Assembly: GCA_046726415.1 (NCBI GenBank)
Contig: JBKPAK010000012.1
Location: 1-13,543 of the forward strand
Direction: 5' to 3'
From: Candidatus Methylomirabilota bacterium
GTDB lineage: Bacteria; Methylomirabilota; Methylomirabilia; Rokubacteriales; CSP1-6
Length of the DNA stretch: 13,543 nt
Below the pieces are notes generated by a model that was not told where the DNA came from, made no database searches, and saw only the letters and a program-made list of their open reading frames with translations. Position numbers and translations under genes: made by a program. This document shows, one piece after another, positions 1 through 7,070 of this stretch (position 1 is its first letter; each line of letters opens with the position of its first letter).

Positions 1-1009
1 GTCGCTTGCCTGTGTCTGCCCGTCGTGCGGGGCAGCCAATCCTCCCGAGAACAAGTTCTGCGGCCAATGCGCAGCACCGCTCGACAAGCCGGCTCAGCCG
101 CGGTTCGCCGCTCCCGAGTCCTACACCCCCACGCACCTCGCCGAGAGATCCTCACCTCGAAGAGCGCCCTGGAGGGCGAGCGCAAGCAAGTCACCGTGCT
201 CTTCGCCGACCTCAAGGGCTCGATGGAATTGCTCGCCGATCGTGATCCCGAGGAGGCGCGCAAGATCCTCGACCCCGTTCTCGAGCGGATGATGGAGGCC
301 GTCCACCGCTACGAGGGCACGGTCAACCAAGTGATGGGCGATGGGATCATGGCGCTGTTTGGCGCGCCGCTCGCGCACGAGGATCACGCCGTGCGGGCGT
401 GCTATGCGGCGCTGCGGATGCAGGAGTCGGTGAAGCGATACGCTGATGACGCGCGTCACGCTCACGGCGTGAACGTTCAGATCCGAGTCGGACTCAACTC
501 CGGTGAGGTCGTCGTGCGTGCCATCGGAAGCGATCTGCACATGGACTACACCGCGGTCGGCCAGACGACGCACCTGGCCGCGCGGATGGAGCAGATCGCC
601 GATCCCGGTGCGGTCGTGATCACGCCCGGGACGCTGGCTCTGGCCGAGGGCTACGTCGCGGTGAAATCGCTTGGCCCCGTGCCGGTGAAGGGGCTCGCGG
701 AAGCGGTGGAGGTCTACGAGGTGACGGGGGCGGGCCCGGCGCGGACCCGTCTGCAGGCGGCCGCCTGGCGTGGGCTGACGCGGTTTGTCGGCCGCGACCC
801 CGAGCTGGAGCAGCTCCGCCGCGCGCAGCAGCTCGCGGGCGACGGTCACGGTCAGGTGGTGGCGATCGTCGGCGAGGCGGGGGTGGGCAAGTCGCGCCTC
901 GTCTACGAGTTCACCCACTCGCACCGCACGGTTGGCTGGTGCTCGAGAGCGGGTCCGTCTCCTACGGTACGGCCACGAGCTACTTCAACACCCCGTGCTG
1001 GAGGTCATC
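1..1009 (+). pseudogene. Double zinc ribbon + class III adenylate/guanylate cyclase + AAA/P-loop ATPase protein; frameshifted and 3'-truncated; start lies outside the window
   Basis: Frame 2 from nt 2 reads SLACVCPSCGAANPPENKFCGQCAAPL...PESYTPTHLAE. It shifts near 146 into frame 1: ILTSKSALEGERKQVTVLFADLKGS...MGDGIMALFGAP (two metal-binding Asp)...IRVGLNSG...GQTTHLAARME...FVGRDPEL...GEAGVGKSRL (Walker A). It shifts near 930 to frame 3 (GWLVLESGSVSYGTATSY) and near 987 to frame 2 (PVLEVI). The rest of the ATPase and the TPR region usual for this family are absent. Confidence 0.9.
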
Positions 1010-1879
1010 CCGAGAAGCGGCCGCGAACAGCGGAACCACACCATCGCGGAGGGCTGGGGCCCCGCGGATGTCGAGGAGGCCGACCAGTTCAACTCCGCCA
1101 ACCCTGGCAACGACCAATGGCACTTCGTCGATTTACCGCTCGGCGCGACCAGCTATCCCGTCACCGACCCTCCCACTGGCGACCCTCTCAAGCCTTTCGT
1201 CTCGTTGCATGACATCGTGCATGCCCTCCTACGCTGTATCGCCATTTTGGAGGGGAACGCCGACCCGCACTTTTCCAAGCGCCAAGCCGTCCGCTGGATC
1301 GTCCACCTGGTGGGGGACCTGCACCAGCCGATGCACGTGACGAGCGGCTACTACAAAACGACCCTCGCGAGCTTCTCGACCGCACCGGTTCGGATCGTCG
1401 ATCCCGTCAAAGCCGCCCGCCCAGGAGTCCTGGGCGATCGCGGGGGCAATGGCCTCCTCTTCTCGTCGAGTGAGTCGAACAACCTTCACTCCACGTGGGA
1501 CCGGTGCCTCCCAGGGTTGGTCTCTGGCGCGATGTGCAGCGGGCCCCTTGGGTTCACGCCGCTGGCCGTCAAGCTCAAGAGTCTGATCACGCCGAGCGCG
1601 ATCGCCGACGCCACCACGCCGGGCAATCATCACGACTGGCCGGCCGCATGGGCAACTGACTCGCTCCACCGCGCAGTGACCAGCCAAGGCTATCCCTCGA
1701 ACCTCACGAACGGCCGCATCAAGGTCAGCGCCCACGGCGATGACGATTCCATGCTGGCCAGCATCGCAGCGCCCACGAAGAGCGCCTATGTCACGAACCA
1801 CGTCGCCACCGCGCAAGCACAGCTCGTGAAGGCGGCCATCCGGTTGGCGGCGCTGTTCAACGCGATTCAGTGGCCGTGA
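995..1879 (+). CDS. S1/P1 nuclease family protein, N-terminally truncated
   Basis: Motifs WHFVD, HLVGDLHQPMH, DRGGN, NLHSTWD and the C-terminal helix QLVKAAIRLAALFN match the S1/P1 zinc nuclease family. The N-terminal WGxxGH and WxD motifs and a signal peptide are not present. Nearest in-frame GTG is 995; stop TGA is 1877-1879. Confidence 0.85.
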   Translation: MLEVIPRSGREQRNHTIAEGWGPADVEEADQFNSANPGNDQWHFVDLPLGATSYPVTDPPTGDPLKPFVSLHDIVHALLRCIAILEGNADPHFSKRQAVRWIVHLVGDLHQPMHVTSGYYKTTLASFSTAPVRIVDPVKAARPGVLGDRGGNGLLFSSSESNNLHSTWDRCLPGLVSGAMCSGPLGFTPLAVKLKSLITPSAIADATTPGNHHDWPAAWATDSLHRAVTSQGYPSNLTNGRIKVSAHGDDDSMLASIAAPTKSAYVTNHVATAQAQLVKAAIRLAALFNAIQWP

Positions 1880-1891
1880 GGCTGCGCTCCG

Positions 1892-1935
1892 TCACGGCGG
1901 CCGGCCTGCCCGAAAGGGGGAGGCCTCGCCGGTGA
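1892..1935 (+). other. Irregular GC-rich hairpin with GAAA tetraloop after the nuclease stop (possible terminator or stabilising stem)
   Basis: TCAC/GTGA (1892-95/1932-35), GGCG/CGCC (1896-99/1927-30), GGCCT/AGGCC (1903-07/1921-25), CCC-GAAA-GGG (1909-18). No U-tract. Confidence 0.35.
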
Positions 1936-2169
1936 TTACGAACCGGGTCCCGGAGCTCGCGCTCGCCGCCGCGTCGCCTCGATTGCGTGATGTTCCTGGT
2001 TTTCCGCGTCGTCCTGGTCGCCCCCGGAAAGACGGAACCCTGGCCAGGCACGCCAGTGCTCTTCCATCCGCGCCCGGGAATACGCAGGTTTCACCGCCAC
2101 GTGCCCGTCGGCGTGCCCAGGGGATAACGTCATCGATTCGCGCTGAACATTCCACTCCACCCCGGCCAG

Positions 2170-2490
2170 CCCCCTACCGTTAGGCCCTCTGCTATCCGGG
2201 ACAGCTCCGGCTCCACGGCGCGGTAGTGCATAGGCCCCACCCCGTTCGCCCCACGTCAAGACCACGTCGCCGACGCGAAGAACGGGGGATAGCGCGCGCG
2301 ACGAACTGGCCGTCGGTGTACAGATCGACTTCCACCGCCTCGCGGATGGCCTGGGCGGGCGGTCAGTAACTCTCCAGGCCACGGCGGTACGCCCTATCGC
2401 TTCGGGCGTCAGCCTCGCCTGGCGGGGATGGTCCCGTGGCGGATTCCCGCCTGGCCGGTCGCCTAGGATAGCTGCTGTCCCCTTCGCCAC
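2170..2490 (-). pseudogene. Degraded hypothetical gene
   Basis: Strong SD GAGGAGGT (2497-2504) lies 6 nt before GTG 2490. Protein-like segments with high third-position GC are split by frameshifts: AQAIREAVEVDLYTDGQFVARAIP / VLRVGDVVLTWGER / GPMHYRAVEPELSRIAEG. There is also an internal TGA. Confidence 0.35.
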
Positions 2491-2584
2491 CCTGACACCT
2501 CCTCGACGTGCGTCAAGGGGTCGAGCGCCGCCACCTGTACGGCCCGCCACGGGGTCTTCTTGAACGCGGAGTCGGGGGACGGCT

Positions 2585-2878
2585 CTACGACATCGACCCG
2601 ACGATCTTCCGGTACTCGTCCTCGGTGAAGGCCCGAAGAGTCTCCGTCCGAACAAAGCCCATCGACGCGTTGCCGAGAGCCAGCTTGGCCACGGTAGCGT
2701 CATCAGGGGCTTCCGAGATGGCGATGGCGTCATACTGGCCGGTCACCAAATAGAACGCCTTCAACTCCGCGCCCGCCTGACGAAACCTCTCTCTGGCGGC
2801 GTCCAGCCTTTTCGGGCCGTCCTTGATCGTCTCGATACCCTTCTGGGTAAACCGGAGCAGGGAAATGTATGTTGGCAT
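2585..2878 (-). CDS. GYD domain-containing protein (97 aa)
   Basis: MPTYISLLRFTQKG...YLVTGQYDAIAISEAPDD...GFVRTETLRAFTEDEY is typical of the GYD family. SD AGGAGG at 2884-2889. Confidence 0.92.
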   Translation of the reverse strand: MPTYISLLRFTQKGIETIKDGPKRLDAARERFRQAGAELKAFYLVTGQYDAIAISEAPDDATVAKLALGNASMGFVRTETLRAFTEDEYRKIVGSMS

Positions 2879-2988
2879 TTCGACCTCCTGTTTCTGGATG
2901 TCACCTACTGGATGGGAGTGCTGATCGGAGCGCCCTTCTCGCCGACCATCAACCCAGTTTTGGACCTTAAAGGGGCTAGGACACGACG

Positions 2989-3017
2989 ACGGTAGGCCTT
3001 CGCCCGCACAGAGTCAA
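2989..3017 (-). promoter_or_regulatory. Putative sigma70 promoter for the GYD gene
   Basis: Minus strand TTGACT (3017-3012), 17-nt spacer, TACCGT (2994-2989), about 110 nt upstream of the ATG. Confidence 0.55.
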
Positions 3018-3252
3018 GCGGCCCGGCGAGGACAGAGGGCAAGGGGGCTATCACGACGCCGCGCCTTGGCGTGCGGTGCAGCGGGCCGCCGCCCACGGGG
3101 AACCCGGCGAAGCCTTGGAGTGGGACGACGCATGGCTAGACGCCGAAATTCAGCTGCGCGAAGCGGCGCAGCGCAAGCGTGAGGCCCAGAACAAAATCAA
3201 GGCCGCCCGACAAATAGAGAATCAACAAATGGAAGAATGCCGTGCCGACCGC

Positions 3253-3697
3253 GAAGCGCTCGAAATTGTAACGGCGTTCCCAGGCCTGAGCGCCGGGAGT
3301 GCCGTCATGAAGTTCGGCGGCGCCTCCCCCGCCAGAACGCCTCGGCATCGATCCGGTGACTGCGTTCGACCTTGCCGTTCTGCTGCGGGCGCCGCGGCCG
3401 GATGGACCGCAGCTTGATCCCCGCCTCTTGCACCGTGAGGGCAAAGGAGAGGGAGAATTCCGTCCCGTTGTCGCACTGGAGCTGGTGGATCGGGAAGGGC
3501 AGCGCTCGACGTACCTCGCCGAGGAAGTCCACGCTCGAGCGCTGGTTGAGCTCGTGATAGAGACGCAGCACGCGGAACCGGGTGCAGTCATCGATGGCCG
3601 TGTACTGGTAGGCCTTCCGTCCGGCCGAGCTTGACGACTTTCACGTCCACCTGGACGGAGTCGCCAGGGTTCAGCTTCTCGAGTAGCTTCAGCTGGC
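3253..3697 (-). mobile_element. IS481-family (rve integrase core) transposase remnant, multiply frameshifted
   Basis: Joined frames read QLKLLEKLNPGDSVQVDVKVVKLG / KAYQYTAIDDCTRFRVLRLY...LQCDNGTEF...IRPRRPQQNGKVERSHRIDAEAFW / NFMTALPAL / QAWERRYNFERF, with a D-D-E triad. Shifts near 3618, 3328 and 3285. The HTH N-terminus and inverted repeats are not seen. Confidence 0.85.
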
Positions 3698-3710
3698 AAT
3701 TCAATCGTCT

Positions 3711-3740
3711 AAGAGAAATGCTCCTCTGGTGAGAGGTGGC
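3711..3740 (-). terminator. Possible intrinsic terminator after the P450
   Basis: Minus strand GC-CA-CCTCT-CACC-AGAGG-A-GC followed by ATTTCTCTT, directly after the stop codon. Confidence 0.35.
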
Positions 3741-5099
3741 TCAGCCGGAGCGTAGTCGATGGAGCCGGGACGGCATGGCCGGGCTGGGACGCAGCGTGAG
3801 GCCGGCGGCGGGGACGACGCACACGCCGCGCACGAGGGTGAGCCGGTAGCGCTGGGCCACGGCGGCCACGATGAGCTGCATCTCGGTGGTGGCAAAAGCG
3901 CTGCCGATGCAACGGCGCGGGCCGCCGCCGAAGGGGAAATACGCCCAGGTCGGGCGCGCGGCCACTCGGGCGGAGTCGAAGCGATCGGGGTCGAACAGCT
4001 CGGGCGCTTCCCAGACCGCTCGATGGCGGTGGGTGACGTAGGGAGACAGCAGCACGATCGCGCCCGCCGGGATGGTGTAGCCGGCAAGCGTGTCGTCCTC
4101 GACGGGCATCCGCGCGGTGAGCCAGGTCGGCGGATACAGTCGCAAGACCTCCTCGATTACTCGCCGTGTGTAGCCGAGACGTGGAAGCGTCTCGACGCCC
4201 GGCGCCCGGCCGCCGAGGACGGCGCGACACTCCTCCTCGAGCTGTTCCTGCGCCTCGGGATGTTCCGAGAGCACATACCAGATCCAGGCGAGCGCGCTCC
4301 CGGTCGTTGTGTGCCCAGCGACCAGGATGGCCTTGAGCTCGTCGCGGAGGTCGGCGGCGGTAACTGACTCGCCACCGGCCTGTGAGGCCAGAAGTGCGGC
4401 GAGTAGGCTGCCCGGCGGCGGAACGGAGCTGCGCGCCTCGCTGACCATGCGGGAGACGAAGGCGTCGATCGCGTCGAGCGCGTGCCGAAAGCGAGTGGCC
4501 GCGGGCGTGGGAACGTCGAGCCAGCCGAACGCACTCCAGAGACGACGGTCCACGTGGCCCACGGCTACGTCCAGCGCGTGACCGAGCGCCTCGACCCCTC
4601 CGGCGCCAGTATCGCCGAAGCACGCCCGGATGATGATCGTCTGAGTGAGCCGCCGCATCTCGGTCACGGCGTCCACCGGCTCGCTCCGCTCGGCCAGTGC
4701 ACGCCAGCGCTCCAGCATCTCTCCGGTGCCCTGAGTGACGACGGCCGCGAACGGCGCGTGCTGGCCGGGCTGGAAGGCGGGCTGCACCTGCCGACGCCGC
4801 TGGCGCCAGCGGTCGTCATCGACCACGGTCAGGCTATCGCCGAAGAGCCCGCGCACGCGCGTGGCCGGCGGGCCCTTGGCATACGCGCGTGCATTGTCCT
4901 GCAGCACATGCTTGACGTGATCAGGATGGCTCAGCAGATAGACCTGGTGCCCGCCGAGCTGCATGGAGATCACGTCGCCATGGCGTCGCACGCATTCCAG
5001 GAAGAAGCCGAGGGGATCGCGCCGCGCCTGCGGAAACACGCCCACCAGCGGATAGCCGGTAGGTCCGGGGGCGACGCGTCGGTGCGGGGCAATGGACAT
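3741..5099 (-). CDS. Cytochrome P450 (452 aa)
   Basis: ATG 5099 (MSIAPHRRVAPGPTGYPLVG) is 8 nt after the hpnA-like stop. I-helix AGHTTT, K-helix EEVLRLYPP (ExxR), FDPDRF, and heme ligand FPFGGGPRRCIG. The track's extension to 5438 overlaps the upstream gene and is not used. Confidence 0.96.
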   Translation of the reverse strand: MSIAPHRRVAPGPTGYPLVGVFPQARRDPLGFFLECVRRHGDVISMQLGGHQVYLLSHPDHVKHVLQDNARAYAKGPPATRVRGLFGDSLTVVDDDRWRQRRRQVQPAFQPGQHAPFAAVVTQGTGEMLERWRALAERSEPVDAVTEMRRLTQTIIIRACFGDTGAGGVEALGHALDVAVGHVDRRLWSAFGWLDVPTPAATRFRHALDAIDAFVSRMVSEARSSVPPPGSLLAALLASQAGGESVTAADLRDELKAILVAGHTTTGSALAWIWYVLSEHPEAQEQLEEECRAVLGGRAPGVETLPRLGYTRRVIEEVLRLYPPTWLTARMPVEDDTLAGYTIPAGAIVLLSPYVTHRHRAVWEAPELFDPDRFDSARVAARPTWAYFPFGGGPRRCIGSAFATTEMQLIVAAVAQRYRLTLVRGVCVVPAAGLTLRPSPAMPSRLHRLRSG

Positions 5100-5107
5100 C
5101 CGAGCGC

Positions 5108-6124
5108 TCAGGTTACGCGAGCGCGATAGACCGGCGGCGGGGACGCGTAGCCCTGGGCGACGAACCAGTCGACGGCCTCGCGCAGGGCCTGCTCGACCGG
5201 AGTCTGGGGCAGCCCCAGCTCGCGCACCGCCTTCTCGGCGCTGAAGAACATGCGCTTGCGCGCCATGCGGACACCGGTGAGGGGCACACGCGGCGGGCGG
5301 CCGGTGGCGCGCGCCACGCCTTCGTTGACCAGCGCCACGACATAGATCAGGGCATGGGGCACGCGCACGCGGGGAGCGCGGATGCCGGTCATGCTCTCGA
5401 GCATGTGGAAGATCTCGGTGAGCGAGCGGTTTTGGCATCCCAGGATGTATTTCTCTCCCACGTGCCCGCGCTGCGCCGCCAGCAGATGACCGCGCGCCAC
5501 GTCGGCGACGTGGACGAGATTGAGGCCCGTGTCGAGCGTGGCGACCATACGCCCCCGAAGGTAGTCGAGGATCATCTGGCCGGTGGGCGTGGGCCTGACC
5601 TCCCAGGGACCGATGGGATTGCTCGGGTTGACGATGACGATGGGCAGGCCGCGATCGGCGTACTCCTCGACGACGCGCTCAGCGAGGAACTTCGAGCGCT
5701 TGTAGGGGCCGATCATATCGGCGAGGCTGACCGGCGTGGTCTCGGTACCGAAGCCACCATCTCGCGGCAGGCCGAGGGTGCCCACGCTCGATGTGTAGAC
5801 GACGCGTTCGACGCCGGCATGCGCGCACGCCTCGAGCGTGGTGCGCGTGCCGTCCACGTTGTTGCGGTAGATCTCGCCGGGATCCTTAGCCCAGAGCCGA
5901 TAGTCCGCGGCGACGTGGAAGACCTGCGCGCAGCCCTTGATCGCACGGGCCACGGACGCGGGCTCGAGGATGTCGCCACGCAGCACCTCGACCGCGCAGC
6001 CTTCGAGCGTCCTGAGGCTGCTGGCCGGACGGGCGAGTACCCTCACGCGATAGCCGTCGGCGACAAGCCGGCGCGCCACGTTGGCCCCCACGAAGCCGGT
6101 GGCGCCGGTGACCAGCACATTCAT
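5108..6124 (-). CDS. hpnA: HpnA-like NAD-dependent epimerase/dehydratase (hopanoid-associated sugar epimerase family, extended SDR)
   Basis: VLVTGATGFVG Rossmann motif, FHVAADYRLW, YTSSV, catalytic YKRSK, PTPTG, DTGLNLVHVADVARGH and KAVRELG, all characteristic of HpnA. Confidence 0.9.
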   Translation of the reverse strand: MNVLVTGATGFVGANVARRLVADGYRVRVLARPASSLRTLEGCAVEVLRGDILEPASVARAIKGCAQVFHVAADYRLWAKDPGEIYRNNVDGTRTTLEACAHAGVERVVYTSSVGTLGLPRDGGFGTETTPVSLADMIGPYKRSKFLAERVVEEYADRGLPIVIVNPSNPIGPWEVRPTPTGQMILDYLRGRMVATLDTGLNLVHVADVARGHLLAAQRGHVGEKYILGCQNRSLTEIFHMLESMTGIRAPRVRVPHALIYVVALVNEGVARATGRPPRVPLTGVRMARKRMFFSAEKAVRELGLPQTPVEQALREAVDWFVAQGYASPPPVYRARVT

Positions 6125-6198
6125 GACGGGGCAACTCCAGACCTCATCGTACGCCCAGGGACATACGACACGCGCAGAGGCTCATCTCTTTTCCCTTG

Positions 6199-6260
6199 TC
6201 CTCTCAGTCACTGGGAGAGGGATTCAGGAGAGGAGCCCCGCTCCGAAAGTGAGAGGGATT
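6199..6260. repeat. Degenerate CCCTCTCCC/GGGAGAGGG-type palindromic (REP-like) element
   Basis: TCCTCTCAGTCACTGGGAGAGGGA hairpin followed by AGGAGAGG. GAGAGGGATT is directly repeated at 6215-6224 and 6251-6260. Confidence 0.4.
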
Positions 6261-6423
6261 GAGAACGACCATGACGCTTTCTCGCGAGATCAGAGGGTTG
6301 CCGAACACCAGCTTTCGCGCACTCACAACCCGGGACCATCTTGCCGTCCTTAAGCGCCACCATGCAGTCGTTGAGGTTGGCAGTCGAGCCGGTTGGCAGG
6401 CCTCTTTCCCACTGCGTGCGGCA

Positions 6424-6741
6424 CTAGGCAGCAGACGATGACCCGGTGTCCGTCCGGGGAGCCGAAGCACCGCATCGCGGGCAGTGGCTCCAGTCCAATT
6501 CCAGGGGCGTCTTACAGGCGCCGCATATTCGTGCCGTTGACGACACCTCCGCCGACTGACGGGCCGCGTGCGCCGATTGGTCCTCGTTTTCGGCCTCTCC
6601 CGACACCGACTTCTTGAACTCTTTCATCGACTTCCCGAGGGACCCGGCGAGTTCGGGAAGTCGCTTGGCCCCGAAGAGTAATAAGAGCAGCACCAGCCCG
6701 ACAAGCAGATCCTGGTAGCTAAGCATCGCGGGAACCCGCAT
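6424..6741 (-). CDS. tatA: Twin-arginine translocase TatA/TatE subunit with C-terminal zinc ribbon
   Basis: MLSYQDLLVGLVLLLLLFGAKRLPELAGSLGKSMKEFKKSV (TM helix, FG hinge, amphipathic helix), then CGAC-x10-CPRCG. Start is ATG 6741 (TGATG overlap with the upstream ORF) or ATG 6726. Confidence 0.9.
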   Translation of the reverse strand: MRVPAMLSYQDLLVGLVLLLLLFGAKRLPELAGSLGKSMKEFKKSVSGEAENEDQSAHAARQSAEVSSTARICGACKTPLELDWSHCPRCGASAPRTDTGSSSAA

Positions 6742-7070
6742 CAGTCTTCGTCGCTCTGAGCGTCGCTCCCATACGACGAGGCGGGCGGCGGCGAAGGGGC
6801 CACCCCGCTCCCCTTCGCCTCCTCGCTCGTTCGAGGGTCGGATCCTCGACGAAGGTCGCATAGCCGCTGGTGATGGGTCGATTTGCCTCGCCCCGCTTCC
6901 GCAAGACCTTGCCTTCGATCTGTCCACTCTGCCCGCTGATCAACTTGGGCAGGCACGAGGCCACGAAGGCTGGTCCCATGGTCGCAGCAGGAACATCGAG
7001 GACGAACCCGGTCAGGAATGCACAGCTGAGGATCAACCATCTCGCTTGCGTTCGAGGGCGCGCTGCTCAC
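6741..7070 (-). CDS. Small hypothetical protein, probably frameshifted, with an N-terminal hydrophobic segment
   Basis: GTG 7070 overlaps the oxidase stop (GTGA) and TGA 6743-6741 overlaps the tatA ATG. The middle part looks coding (high third-position GC, WLILSCAFLTGFVLDVPAA...GQIEGKVLRKRGEANRPITSGYATFVEDP) in the neighbouring 6719..7036 frame. Confidence 0.45.
   Translation of the reverse strand: MSSAPSNASEMVDPQLCIPDRVRPRCSCCDHGTSLRGLVPAQVDQRAEWTDRRQGLAEAGRGKSTHHQRLCDLRRGSDPRTSEEAKGSGVAPSPPPASSYGSDAQSDED

Noticed and set aside
25..145. N-terminus of track ORF 25..1212 (and its tail after ~930)
   Set aside because: These are out-of-frame readings. The real N-terminal zinc ribbon is in frame 2 and the true continuation shifts frame near 930.
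5100..5438. 565-aa version of the P450
   Set aside because: The extension overlaps hpnA in another frame and is not P450-like. ATG 5099 fits better.
6375..6410. GGTTGGCAG direct repeat or sigma54-like site
   Set aside because: The -12 element is TTTC rather than TTGC, and it points away from hpnA with no plus-strand gene to drive.
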